Below, one piece after another: positions 48,570 to 61,942 of a stretch of 64,000 bases of DNA. Position numbers and translations under genes: made by a program. Under the pieces are notes generated by a model. That model worked only from the letters and a program-made list of their open reading frames with translations. It ran no database searches and was not told the origin of the DNA. The stretch lies in assembly GCF_016432865.1 (NCBI RefSeq), contig NC_067402.1:63674001-63738000 (forward strand), read 5' to 3'. The stretch's first letter is position 1. Each line of letters opens with the position of its first letter. Origin of the DNA: Antechinus flavipes. Lineage: Eukaryota.

Positions 48570-48800
48570 TTGTTATACCTGTTCAGCTATTTCAAGTATC
48601 CTATTCTTCATGATCCTATCTGGGTTTTCTTGGCAAAGATACTGGAGTGGTTTGCCATTTCTTTCTCCAATTCATTTATAGATGAGGAAATTTACAGGGT
48701 AAAGTAACTTGCTCAGAGTCACACAGCTGTTAAATATATGAGCTGAAATTTGAACTCAGAAAAACGAATCTTCCAGACTCCAGGCCTGGCACTCTAGGCA
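48570..48800 (-). mobile_element. Mar1-type CORE-SINE
   Basis: GGGTTTTCTTGGCAAAGATACTGGAGTGGTTTGCCATTTC tail plus CORE. Confidence 0.88.
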
Positions 48801-48896
48801 TGATGGTGCCACTTTACAGATGAAGAAATTAAGAATAAAAATTCACTGCTCTTGTCACTATACCTAGCTGCCTTAAATAACTTTGCAAAATATTTT

Positions 48897-49199
48897 TAAT
48901 AGTACCTTTTCATTTTTGAAATACATGCAAAGATAGTTTTCAACATTCACCCTTGCAAAACCTTGCATTCCAATTTTTTCACCCTTCTTTTCCTCAACTC
49001 CCTCCCCTAAACAGCAAGGAATCCAATATATGTTAAACATACGCAATTCTCTCTATATATTTCCACATTTATTATGCTATACAAGAAAAATCAAATCAAA
49101 AGGGAAAAACAAATGAGAAAGAAAAAATCAAACAACAACAACAAAAGTTGAAAATACTATGTTGTGATGCACATTCAGTCCCCACAATCCTCTTTCTGG
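48897..49199 (-). mobile_element. 5'-truncated L1 (303 bp) with 17-bp TSD
   Basis: TSD ACTTTGCAAAATATTTT at 48880-48896 and 49200-49216. Confidence 0.95.
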
Positions 49200-49289
49200 A
49201 CTTTGCAAAATATTTTACATACATCTATACACACAAACATATGTGTATGCTCACATTCATAGATATTTTCATATATTTATAGACACATA

Positions 49290-49470
49290 TATGTAATTTG
49301 AGCTTCATAACAACCCTTTATTACAACCTCCATTTTAAAGATGAATAAGATAAAGATGAGCTTTAGAGATTTAATGCTTTGCTCATAATCATACAACTCT
49401 TAAGCATCAGAATCAGGATTTGAATCCAGATCTTGCCTGATTCCTAGGCCAAAGTTTTTTGCATTACGCC
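49290..49470 (-). mobile_element. MIR SINE
   Basis: CCTCCATTTTAAAGATGAA, GGATTTGAATCCAGATCTT. Confidence 0.75.
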
Positions 49471-51291
49471 ATTCTGCCTACACAATCGGATACCATTTTA
49501 TTAGGACGACTACAAGCATAGTTATTTCAATGTGTTTTTATGAAGTGAGTCTTGTTTGGAGGAAAGATTAGTCATCTAAAGTTTGGAATGCTGTCAAAAT
49601 GTTAATAGGAAACAAATCACTAAGTTTATGTGTTTAAAATATCCTTTATCACTAAGCAATAGAAAAAGAATCATTATCTGACTTGGGGTGAAGCTTTGAG
49701 GAGTAAGCATTTTCAGTATTTGGAATTATTTTAAGATTCATTTGAAAGATGCTGCACATTCTGAAATCACATTAAAACATACCATTTTAAGTCAAGTCAT
49801 TCGACCCAAGTCCATTTTTGTTATACCAAAGGATTTTTACAGATGGGTACTATATGATATTAAATATAAATGCTTAAAAATAAATGCCATATGCCCCTCT
49901 CTTCTCTTCTCTTGGTCAGCAGTATAATCTATTCTTATTCATCTGTGATTGTGTGTGATTCCTTCAACTTAGACATTTAAGATGATCATAGTCTGTATTG
50001 TCTGAGAGTCCAATAAATAGACTTGCTGCTTAATAGATGTAAGATGGTATGTGCAAAGTGCTTTGCAAATCTTAAATGTCAGCTATTATTATTATTATTA
50101 TTATTATTACCTTGTTCTCATCTTTTTGATGGAGTTCAGGTATAATTGGTTGTAAGACAAATCAATATCCTGCTATTATTTTGTACTTAATCATTTAGGA
50201 ATTATTAAATAGTAGTAGATCAAGTCACTGCTCTGTAGAGCTGAATAAAAGTATTAGGACATAAACTGTTCTATAAGTTCACTGAAAGCATACTTGATAC
50301 AACTCCAGTATGAGACAGGATGACAAGATTGATATTTACCTCATGCTGTTGCTCTCTGATTTGGGGCTGGAAAATTGTTTTGCCCCATCTTTTTGTGTGT
50401 TATGTTGCTCCCAGAATTCGTTTAAAGCATTATTTAGAGGTCTTTGGAGGGGCTTGGGGAAATCCCTGCCTTTTCTCTGCCATCTTGATTTTGTCTTCCC
50501 TGCTACCTGATTTTGATTTCATCTTCTTTATCTCTGTATTTTGAAAGTTTTTCATTCCATGTTGTTTGAAGACAATGAGTTTTTTGTATGGTGATATCTA
50601 TTAAAATGTTGTTCTTAAGTTTTTATACACCATTGTTATATATGGATAAAAATGAGCACCAGGTTAGTATGTGATAATGCTTCAATACAATTTGTTGATT
50701 AAAAAATTAAGAATATTTTGAAGAAATATTCGAAGAAGAAAATGGTCAACAACTCCAGTGTCTTTACCAATAAAACCCCAATAGGGTCTGATAGAAATGA
50801 CTGAACAACAAAAAGGAATTTTATAAGATGGGATTTGCTATCTCAGTCTGTGAAATATCCCAAGTGTCTCTATATAATTTTATCCCCCATTATATGCTGC
50901 AAAATATTCTTTAAGTGTGAACTTATAGACTATAGGGATTTGTTGCTCCATTTCTACATTTTATTGCACAATCATTGCATTGCAAAGTTCAGGCTCAACT
51001 GTGTATAATTTCTGGTGGCAATGACTTGATTCTAAATTTACATTATAGGGTCTTCCATTCTACAAATTCTCGTGATTCTGACAAAATTATCTGATACTTT
51101 GTTGATATGGTGATAGTTGAGTTCATGGAGACATTGCCTATTGAGAGTCCTTTAGTCTTTCCTTTGGAGTCTTGCCACTTCTTAGTTTCCATCTTATATT
51201 TGGCAAATCCCATGGCATATACCTGTTGTTACTATAGCTTGGTGAAATATGTCTACTTGCTCCAAAAGTATTTCTATAGATTTTACCTACA

Positions 51292-51550
51292 GATGCTTCT
51301 AGGTGGTGCAGTAGACATGAGTCCAGGCAAGAATCTAAAAGATCTGAATTAAATTCCAGCTTCAGACACTTACTAGCTGTGTGACCCATGGCACTTAACT
51401 TTTGTTTGCCTCAGTTTCCTCATCTGTAAAATGAAGATAATAAAAGCACCCATCTCCCAGAGCTGTTGTGAAGATCAAATGAGATAATAAGTGTGAAGCA
51501 CTTCAGGGTCTGGCACATAAGGCTATGTAATTGTTAGATATTATTGTTAT
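51292..51550 (+). mobile_element. MIR-family SINE, near full length
   Basis: CTAGGTGGTGCAGTAGA head, GCCTCAGTTTCCTCATCTGTAAAATG CORE, GATCAAATGAGATAATA tail. Confidence 0.92.
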
Positions 51551-51879
51551 TATTCTGACTTCTTTATCATGTACTCTTGAAACATATAGCAATCTTCTTC
51601 CTCTTTTTCAGCAATGAAGTGTCAACCTCTTTATATATAGCTAGCTAAGGATGATGGACACTATAATTTATTAATATTTTATGGGTTCTTATTAGAATAG
51701 CTTTCCAGATATAGTCTTTCATAGATAGTCAATTATATGAAGTTTATAGTTCCAAAAGAATATATCAAAACTGATATTGTGTTATTTGTTTTTGTTGTTA
51801 TTCTGTTATTTTAATAATATAATAAATACATGATACAATTAATAATAATAATTGAATGTATATGAAAGCATTTCTATCA

Positions 51880-52330
51880 TTTGCTCATTTTAGTTTTCCC
51901 TTTCTGGACCTTTTCCAGCTATATCATATGTGTTTTGTTTCCAATTTCTTTCTTGATGATGTCCACATTGAAATTTTGTTGGACTTCTTGGGCTATTGGC
52001 TTCAACCGAATATCACACTGATGTCTACTAGGAATGTATTACAAAGACACCTAGGATGCTTTTCCTGGATCGGTACTGATAGCTAAGAGTTCATAATTGA
52101 ATACAGTTTGGATTATTTCCTCCAAATGCATTACCCTATATTTCACAATGATATTAATCTGTGATATTTCTGCCCACTCTTACAGCTATGTGAAATCTTT
52201 CTCCACACTATCTTCATTGACTTAGTGTTTTAATTACCAGAAACATTTAGTATCCCATACAGCTCTAGAGATTTTAGTCTTTCAGATCATTAATCAAGGT
52301 GGAAAATCAGAAGGCATGCTAGTTTATTTA
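51880..52330 (-). mobile_element. L3/CR1 ORF2 fragment
   Basis: Antisense CR1 motifs (GCTATTGGCTTCAAC...CACACTGATG; TTCCTCCAAATGCATTACC). Confidence 0.55.
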
Positions 52331-53284
52331 GATTTCCAGCAGAATCCATAGTTAGCACTTCTCTGACCACCAAAGTCAGTGCCTATTTATCTCTCCCTGT
52401 CTATATTTTCCTACTCAAATCTGGTACTTTATCCATGACAAAACATTACCACAGTCCTATTCATAATAACATTTTTGCCTTTAGGTGTGCAATCTAATCT
52501 GAAGTTTTTCTGTATATTTAAATACCATTGAGGAACAATCCTCGCCCACATACTTATTTATCTGCATTCTGAAAGAAAAATCAATCATCATTTCCCCTTT
52601 TAGAAGTTATTTTGCCTCTTCCCTGCAAGTGGCTTATGTTGCCACAAGGGATTTCCGAAAAGTCTTATTTTTATTATAGATGTTACCAGCTCACCAGCTA
52701 TGAAAGTGAAACTCAACAGTCTATAAGCCTCAGGGTCTTGTCTAGAGTGATTTTCTGACCTAACTTCTTATTTTTTTTTCTTACTGTAACTTGGGCATTA
52801 CATTTAATCTGGATGTAATGACTTCTCCATGTAGAAATGCTCCAATTTTAACTTTTCAATCAATTACTCAATTACTTAAACAATAAACATTTATCAAGTG
52901 CCTACTATGTTGCAGATACTACATGCAGATCTAGATTTCTGAGAACAAAAATTTAATAGTTCTTGTCCTTGAGAAACTTATCTTCTAAAACCTTAATAGA
53001 ACTTTGTAGAGATCCTAAAGCTTATGCTTCACCTTAACACTCTCTTGCTCAGGAAACTCCAGTGGCTTCCTCTTATCTTTAAGATTAGATTTAAAAATTA
53101 ATCAAACCCCTTTAATTAATTAAACCAATTAAAAACACTTTATTAATTAAAAATTAATTGCAAAGTTTTGCAATTGCAAATTATTGGAGTTTGGGATTAA
53201 AAAAATCTTTTGTTTTTTTCACCGAGTCATCCCTTGCTTTCTCATGTCTTCATGAAAAACTGAGATCTGCCTTAGTTTTAAAAG

Positions 53285-53510
53285 GCTAAGATGTCCTGCA
53301 ACATCCACGGCCATCTCCAGTCATCCTGTTCTATATCTTGCCACTGGATCCAGATGATTCCAGAAGTGAGACAGGTAACCTTGTACAACCCTCCCTCATT
53401 CAATTCCAGTTCACTTGCATGTCACAGTATCACCTCCCTTTTTGAGAATCATGGTCTTTTTGAGAATGAAGGACACATAACAACAATAACAACAATGTCC
53501 TCACATAAAT
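53285..53510 (+). mobile_element. RTE-mobilised marsupial SINE (WALLSI-like)
   Basis: GGCCATCTCCAGTCATCCTG...CCACTGGATCCAGATG...CATGGTCTTTTTGAGAATGAAGGAC with (ACA)n tail. Confidence 0.7.
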
Positions 53511-54029
53511 GTCACTGCAGAAGAAACAGCATGTAAAAGCAACATTACCATTAATCAGTCAACAAGCATTTATTAGGTTCCCATTATTATGTACCTGGAA
53601 CCAGTCAAACCCATTGAGCTCAGAAAATGAGAGGAGAAGAAAAGAAAAGGGTGAAAGGTAGTTGCTGCTCTCACCAGCAAATGTTATATTTTCTCTGAGG
53701 GCCTGTGGCCCTGGTGAACTGTCAGATGAAATGAATTCCAGAGACTGGGACCCTGGACTTCAGTCTAGCTGCTGCAGAAGCTACCCAACAGTGACAGCAG
53801 GAATGCAACCAGACTGGCTGGCTAGCTGTGATGGGGCTCTAGGAGATAGAAAGAATTCCAATGCAATTCATGTTTCTGTGTTGTGGATTAATGCTCCAAC
53901 CACAATTGCAGTGCCCTATAAACTGGAAAATAGAAAAATTGTGCCCAGTTCAAATCAGCTCCAGGAACTTGAGATATTTTCTGAAAAACTGCCAGTCTTA
54001 ATGTGAGTCCAGGTACTCCCCAGCTCACA

Positions 54030-54620
54030 CAGCTCTAATTAAAGCCTGTATTTGCAGCCGGTATTCACCCAAACAAAGCGGAGTCAAACCACGAGAAAAT
54101 CTGTTATCACTCAACTCTGTGCATAGTTTTCATGCAAGTAAAATATTACATAAAATTATGAACTGCTAAATATAAGAGCAGAAATTGAATGCAGGCATCA
54201 GGTTCACATGCTACCTTTCTCTAACCTTCCAGGGAACGCTAAGTATGGGTCACAGCTGTAGGCAGATGGCATGTGCCTACAGAGATCAAAGGCCTTCTAT
54301 ATTGGAGGAAGGATGTGTGTGTGAGTCTGAGGCAGAAAGCAAGCATCCCGCCAGCCACTTGTACTACTTGACTCCAACACTGTAAAAAATGGTCGATGGT
54401 GTGCCTGAGTATTGTTTTCTTTTTTAAAAGTTCCATAAAATATTAAGGGGGTGGAGGCTAGCTGGTTTTCCATGTATGCACAAAACTCCCCATAAATTTA
54501 AAGGGCACCTGCAGACATGCAGATTTATAAAGGGAAACACTTTTTCAAGGAGCAAAAACTTTATAAACCTGAAGCATTTTCCCCCTCTAAAACAATAATG
54601 ATTTCTTTATAGTTAAAGAA
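54030..54620. promoter_or_regulatory. Candidate intronic developmental enhancer
   Basis: Repeat-free; 6 CpGs in 54059-54395; TCF/LEF site AGATCAAAGG (54283-54292); E-boxes at 54253, 54263, 54270; four posterior-Hox-like CCATAAA/TTTATAAA sites at 54433-54567. Confidence 0.4.
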
Positions 54621-57559
54621 AAAAGTTTTGGGGGAGGAAATAATGAAACCATATTCGTTCCATCTTGACTTATGCCCAACATCCCTTTTGCTTTTCTAAG
54701 ATTTCTTTCAAATAAATCTCTCACAAGATTTCCAAAATATTTCTATCACACTCTGCTCATTAGTGATTTCAAAAATGCTTCCTTCTTCCTTTTCGTTAGC
54801 TGCCTGTTTTGCTCTAAGTCTCAGTTATGTGGATGTTTGTATTGGTTTTAGGGGGGAAAAAAAGGTTCCTCTGGCATGTCCCAGTTGCTTATGAAACTTG
54901 TAAGAAAAACAAGAATGCATATTTCAGAACCTGACTCCAAACCCCAGACATGTATATACAGTACATGCAGTACATATGGTGGTTTGGCCAAGACAATATT
55001 TATTTATTTATTTGATTCATAAAACATTCAATTCGTGGCCTCTGGGTGCATAACAAAGCAATGACTAACCCTCATTGATGTTTAAGCAAAATAAAATAAA
55101 ATGCAGGAAGCAAACTAAGCCCAGCTAAAATCTAACCAAAAAGATGGGCTGAGCCTATATTCCAAATGTCAAAATATTCAAACTCTGAAAGAAAACCCTC
55201 AGCTTCCAACAATAAACCCTCAGCTGAGTTTGGCTCAAAATGCAATTTTGAAACAGTTGAGATTTGTTTTTTGGTGCCTCCTACTGGTATGGCTGAGATT
55301 TTCACCCTCTTTCCCCCCAATATCATATTCCCATGCTGCCCTTGGGCTCCTCCAGTAGTGAATCTAACATGCTAATTTGCACTAAGGTGTTAGTGATTTC
55401 TCTGTCACATGTAGCCTGATAACTGATTCAATCTTAAAGTTACAATGTTTCTATCATCCTGATCACTTTTTCTTGAGTTCATTTTGTATCATGCTAGAGT
55501 TCATTCTGTGATATCTTTATATCTTGTGTCTAGGTCTCCACAAGTGGATACAAGGATGTACAGCTTCTGTAATTCTGTAATTCAGGGAGAAAATGTGTAG
55601 CAGTTGTAAGACAGCTTTTATTTTACACCCACAAAACATGAAAAAAACACACATAAAAGACTCAAAGTAGCTCATAAGCAAACACTCTGATTTTCAGCTC
55701 TCTCCAGGGAGTCTCACCTTTCTCTCTATGACTTGATATAGCCCTCCAGACTAATGGCACCACACTGTGGTTTGGGTTTCCTTCAGAAGAGAAATGAACG
55801 TGGAAACTCTCTGACAGTTCACTGAATCCCACTTTTACCTCAGGGACACGTCAAGGTCTATTCTAAAACTATTTATATGGGGGTAAATCCAGCACAAAGG
55901 GGTTCCTTCAAGTTACAACTGTCTAATTGCCCCAATCACAAAGACTCAATCACTCATCCCCAACAAGGGGATCCCATTATTATGTGCCTGGATATTATAG
56001 GGATATTGGTCTACTATTGGTATAGCTGGGACAAAGAAAAAACATAATTTGGAAACTTTTGAGGAATGGTTCCAAATTGCAATGGCTCTTCTAATTCAAA
56101 GTTTTACCAACAGTTTATTGGTATGTTTCTTTTCCTGCAGCCTCTACAATATCTGAATTTTTTTTGTCATCTTTTCCAATCTTATGAGTACCTCCTCCTA
56201 TTCTTCCTTTTTCTCCTCTTCTTTCACTTCCTCTTCCTTCTTCTTCTTATTGGTCCTTTTTTTTCTTCCTCTTCCTCTTCCTCTTCACCTATACATCCAG
56301 TACTTTTGAGGTCATGAAAGTGCATTGCTGTTGCTCTTTTTGGCCTAAAGAAGTTACTGAACCTGGAATTCTATTGCATATAAAAATAAGCCAGGCAGTA
56401 AGTCCCTAAAAACCAAGCATGCCATCTTCCTAAATAAGTCTTAACTGATTGGACTGTTGATGAATCTAGCTTTCCAGCAAAGAGAACTGGACATTCTGAT
56501 GAGCAGAGACAGAGGTAATTATAGAGAAGTGACATATGAAAGAAATTTTTGCAATATCCCTACTAAATGAAACAGAAATAAGATTGGGAGAGGTCAGAAA
56601 CCATAAATCGGTCCCAAGACAAAAGCTTAAGAGCCAAACAGAAGAGAACTAATCCTAGTACCATAATGTTTTCCAGATATTTTCCCTGTCTACCAATCTC
56701 ACTTTCATTGAACTAATTCATTTGGACAAGACATTGTTAAAAAGTGCCACCCTCTATATAAGATGAAAGGGAAGTAGATTCTCAATGTTTTCACAGCAAA
56801 ATTTCATATCAAATGGAGCAACTTCAAGTCTTGCCTCAATTTTTATTCTAATGAAGCACAAAGTATCTTGTGAATAACAGCTTCTTGAATGAGGCACTAA
56901 GAAAAAAAAAAAAAAGGCTTGCCTCAGGATGGATAAAGAGATAAATGGGGATGGAATGCTTTTAAATTTTGTTCTATTATATAATATGTAAAAGTGCCAA
57001 TGCAAATTCTCTAAAAATATCATTTCAAGACTCCATAAGATTAACTTCTGGTTGTTTTGAATCGGAGACAGCTTAATGTTGGGTGGAAAGAGGAATTAAA
57101 ATGAAATCTGCTATCAGCCTATTTTGTCTGCAGGAGCTCCTGTTGGACTGGCCAAAACAAGCTAATTCAGCCCAGTTATATTTAGAATGAATACATTAGT
57201 AAGAAGCCTGTGGTGTCCATTTAAATGGTGGGGGGAAAAAAAAAAAAAAAAACATTTACTCAAACTTTCCCAAGTGCGTTTCTAATAGGTTGCTTTGCCA
57301 TCTTTATTCTAGTTACTTATTCCATTGTATAGGCATGGGACCCCATATATAGATAGAGAAGACATTGCATATTTGCAATTTCTTTAGGGGTGTGGTACAA
57401 AGTAAGTGGAGAATGAATACTACTTTTAAATATTTTAAAAGATAAGGCTTATACATCCTTATCCATTAAAAATGGATTTCTAGATGAATGAGAGGTAGCC
57501 TTCTTAACACTTGAGTTATTAAATTAATTAAAGCAATGCAGCATATTTTTAAATTTAAG

Positions 57560-58500
57560 GCAAAAGAGTTATATGTTTTTATGCACACCATTCTCTCCAC
57601 TCAGAATACCTTTTCTAACCACCCAGTTCCAATCTCCCTAATCTCTGACTACAGAAATCTTAATTATACAAATTCTACCTGCTTCAGGCAGTCTTCCCAG
57701 ATTTCCTCAGCTACAAGTGACCTCTCCTTTCTTTGAGATTTGATGGCATTTTGTTTGCATTTCCCTTCCAGCACAAATCATATTGTATAACAGTTTTTTG
57801 GATACATATTTGATCTTTCCCCCAGGAGGAAGTATGGCATACTATCTGGCACTGGAGCTGGATTTCAATCCTGCCTTGTGCCATTACTATTAGCCATGCG
57901 ACTCTTGGCAAGTCACTTACTTATTTGATTTCTGTAAACTTTCATTTCCTCATCCAAAAATTAAGATAGTATTAGCACCTACTTCACAATATTGAAGTGA
58001 GGAACAATTAAAATAATATTTGTAAAGTAATTTGCAACATTTAAAATTGCAATATAAACGTAGGTTATTATTGTCATTATTATTTGATTTCTTTTAACGT
58101 TAAAAAATATTAAGGTACTCCTATGTGTAATACAAAGATATTAAAAAACGACAAATAAAGCACCAATTGATGCCTTCTGGTTCTGATTATTTATTTATAT
58201 TTAGATGTTGATCATATTAGGAATGCTTTCCCTAACATTTTCATCATTTGCTTTAGTAGGAGTCCTACAATCCTTCAAGATTCATCTTAGAAGCTAACTC
58301 CTCCATTAAATCTTCCTTGATTCTCCTACCCAGTGATGATCTTTTCCTCCTGAGAACACTCATAGCATTTTCTTTATATGACTTTTATGTACTTAGCATG
58401 TTCTATTTAACTCATAGTTATTTGGGTATATTTTATCTCCCTGATCAGTAGCCTAATTAAGGGCAAATAGCAATTCTTATTTATTCTTTGCATCCCCCAG
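57560..58500 (+). mobile_element. L2 3' region with an inserted MIR (about 57825-58085)
   Basis: L2 motifs flank a MIR containing TTGGCAAGTCACTTAC and TTTCATTTCCTCATC. Confidence 0.65.
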
Positions 58501-61431
58501 AAAGATAAAAATGCAAAAAAAGAATAAAAACAAGAAAAAAGATCTAGAATGAAATTAAAAGTTTCTATAGGACCTACTTAAATCATTTGACATGAAAATG
58601 GGAAATGGATGGAGAAACAGATATTGATAAAAATTAAAACAATTTCCCCAAAATGTCTATCCACTGACAATATTGCCATATGACCATATTACCATATCTA
58701 AAGTGTCTAGAAACCATCTCAGTCAACAAATACTCAATGTGCTTATCAAATGGATAAATACAGTATTTAAGGGCAACATTCGTTTAAAATATAAACTCAT
58801 TTGTAAGTCTTGGGATAATGGTGGAAGATTATGACCAATACTGCCTCATAAACAGAGAAAGGCAATGGAAGGAGAGGGGAGAAGAAGCAGGAAATCAAAT
58901 TTAAAGAAAATTTGGCAAAAGAACAATCTTAGCAAAATTATCCTGAAGGTATTTAAGGATGAAACTGGAAAGAAAAAAAAGATGAATAAATAAAAACATC
59001 TCTAAAGAAACACCAGCATGTTCAGTAAAGCCATCACTTTTGGATTCTAATATTGGATGACCCAAAGTATTTATAGATGAAATACAAAATGTGGTATAGA
59101 AAATAAGAATTGCATGCAAGCATATAAATTAAAAGGCAACAGAAACCCCAAAGTAGGCTAGAGTAGGCTGCAAACAATAAAGACAAGAAATTATATAAGA
59201 AAAGTAGCATAATGAAGGCTATCAAAACAATATAATGGAAAAAAGATGAGGGAGTCATGTAACAAGAATAAGATATACATGCAATTTACATGTAATTTCA
59301 GGAGATCATAAATAGGAGACCTAATACCCAGTAGATAGATCTTCTATGGTGAATCTCATGAGACATATAGATGAAAGTCACATAGAGTATGCATGAATAA
59401 ATTTGTTTCTGCATAGTTGCACATCTGTGAAATCATAGCTTCATCATAGTACTGGAGAACATATACTGGAATATAGCACAATGCTTTTTGTATATAATAG
59501 CTGCTTGATAAGTATTTACTGAATAAATGGAATGAGGAAGTATGAGGAAAGTCAAACAACATGAGTAAAGTGCCCAATCAACCATTCAGTAATCAAGAGC
59601 TGACTATTGCAATGAGCAGGGCAATTTAATCTGAATTGTCAATTTCATGTATTTCATATACAAATATGTGTTGTACGTTTTCTATGGCATAATTATATCT
59701 CATTTCTAATTGTACAATGCCCCAATCCAAAGGAACATTTCTTACATGCTTTTTATAAGTCTAACCTAAAAAAGAAAAAATGCTTGAAATAAAAAGCATA
59801 TGGTAGAAGCATGTCAAAAAAAAAAAAGTATGAAGTTCTATGTAGCCAATATATTGCTAACTTTCAACACCAAAATACTCACCAGAAAATGCTGAAGTGC
59901 CTGGTTTGGACTCTCCATTATACACATAATTTATTCTTATGAAATATTTCTAAAACAAATTATTATGCAGCACATACTAAAAATTTAAAAACATAATGAG
60001 CAATATGGATAGTAACCTTTTTGTTTTTATTAAAATCTAAGTTGTTGAATTCTCTCTTCAACTGAGCATAGAACTCAGAATTTGCATATGGAATATTATG
60101 AAATAGACATGCTATAAATTTTTGAAATATGAATGAATGCAACAATTTAATGAAAATGGCAAAGTAACAAAATATTAACAAAATTTGTGGCTATTTTTAT
60201 TATTATTCAGCAAAACACCTGAGCATTAAGAACTCTCACTTATTTGAAATTCTAAAAGCATGCTGTTATGATGTTCTGAGCTAATAAAAAGTATTTTTCA
60301 AAGATTTGTTAATATTCCTCCATTCTTTTAAAAATTGTAAAACTCTAAATGAGTGTTTGCTTTTTTTAATAGAATAGGAAACCAAATGAGTTGATAACAC
60401 TTGAATACATTCCAATTTGTGTCTCTTTCTTCTCTATTGAAAATGCTGTTGAAATATCAACTTTTTATGTATTTTCCTGTTTATTTTTTTCTAGCACACA
60501 GTGGAAAGATAACAATGATTGCAATGAAATATTCTTTGTAAATTCTGAGTGAACTCTATGATCATCTGAAGAAAAGTGAGTAAGATGAATGGACAAGGGA
60601 TCTTGATGGGTACTTAGACTGAAAACATGCTTTGGTAATTTACATGTTGAAATTAATGGATTTAAATACAAATCATTACTAGACAAGTATATAGTTGTAT
60701 TATTTAATCTCATTTATAATAATTTATTTTTTAAAATACACTGTGAAACATGCAAGCATATTTCTTTCCCTCCTCTCTTTTACTGTTCCCCTTTGTTGCT
60801 TTTTTAATTAGTATGTTCCCTTTTCATTTCTCCCCTGCATCATACTGACTACTACTCTATTTAAATTATTTCCAGTAGAGCTGATGCATTTCTTTTTCTT
60901 ATATCCTTGGACTATCACAGGAGAAAACTAAAAGGAGAATCTTAAGGACTATAGTGGGGCACATGAAAATTCAGGAAAGAGCGATGGAAAAATCATCAGA
61001 AGACCTTACCTAGCACTTACATTTTTATACCTACTTTACTCCTACTATATGTGAAATCCAGATGGTATTTTGTTAAAAAGCAAGATGATTACAAACATGT
61101 TTGGGCTTTTGCTTCAATAGGGACAATCCAATGTACCCATGCTATTAACAAATTATTAATGCTGTGGTTCATTGGATAGTGTCCAGTCAAACAGGTGTGG
61201 AGGCTTCAGAGAAAGCCTCAGTGGGAGCCCTTCAGTGGAAGTCTGTTATTCAGCTGTTTCTCATAAAAGATAAAAGTCAATTAAAGGACTAAGCCAAGAT
61301 TCACCTCTCTTTCTTACCTAAGGTTGATGATAGCTCTTTGGGATGGGATTAAGTCATACTTAAGTGGTAAATCTAATGAGAAGGTACAACTACTTGGCCA
61401 ATAGAAATTATGCAAACATGATCTTAAGTGA

Positions 61432-61942
61432 TCAGAAAGGAAAACGGGGAGGGAGAGAAAAGAAGAAGAGAGATGAGGGAGAGTGAGGGGAGAGGCAAGG
61501 GAGAAGAGAGGTGTGGAGGGAAAGAGAAGCAGGTGGGGGAAAGGGAGAGAGGGAGAAGAGAAGGATGAGGGAAAAAAGAGAAGAGAAAATAGAAAGGAGG
61601 AAAAAAGGGGAATTGGGAGTTAGTTGGGAGAGAAGAAGGGGGAAGCAGGAAGGGAAAAAGAGGATGATGAAAAGAGGAAGGAGAAAGATAAAGGAAAGAA
61701 GGAAGAGAAGGAAGATAGAGGGGAGCATTAGAGAGGAAGGAGGGGAAAAGGGAAGCAGGAAGAGAGAGGGGAAAGGAAGAAAAAGGGAAGGTGGGAGAGG
61801 AGGTGAGGAAGAGTGAGATACAGAGACAGAGACAGAGAAAGAGAGGGAAGAGAGAGGGAGAGAAAAAGAGAGGGGGTGGAAAAGGAGAGAGAGAGTGAGA
61901 GAAAGAGGGGGAGTGGAAAAAGAGAAAGAGAGAGAGAGAGAA
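61432..61942. repeat. Polypurine (GA-rich) tract, about 510 bp
   Basis: Overwhelmingly A/G on +; source of the 198-207 aa P/S/L/F ORFs at 61424-62069. Confidence 0.95.
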
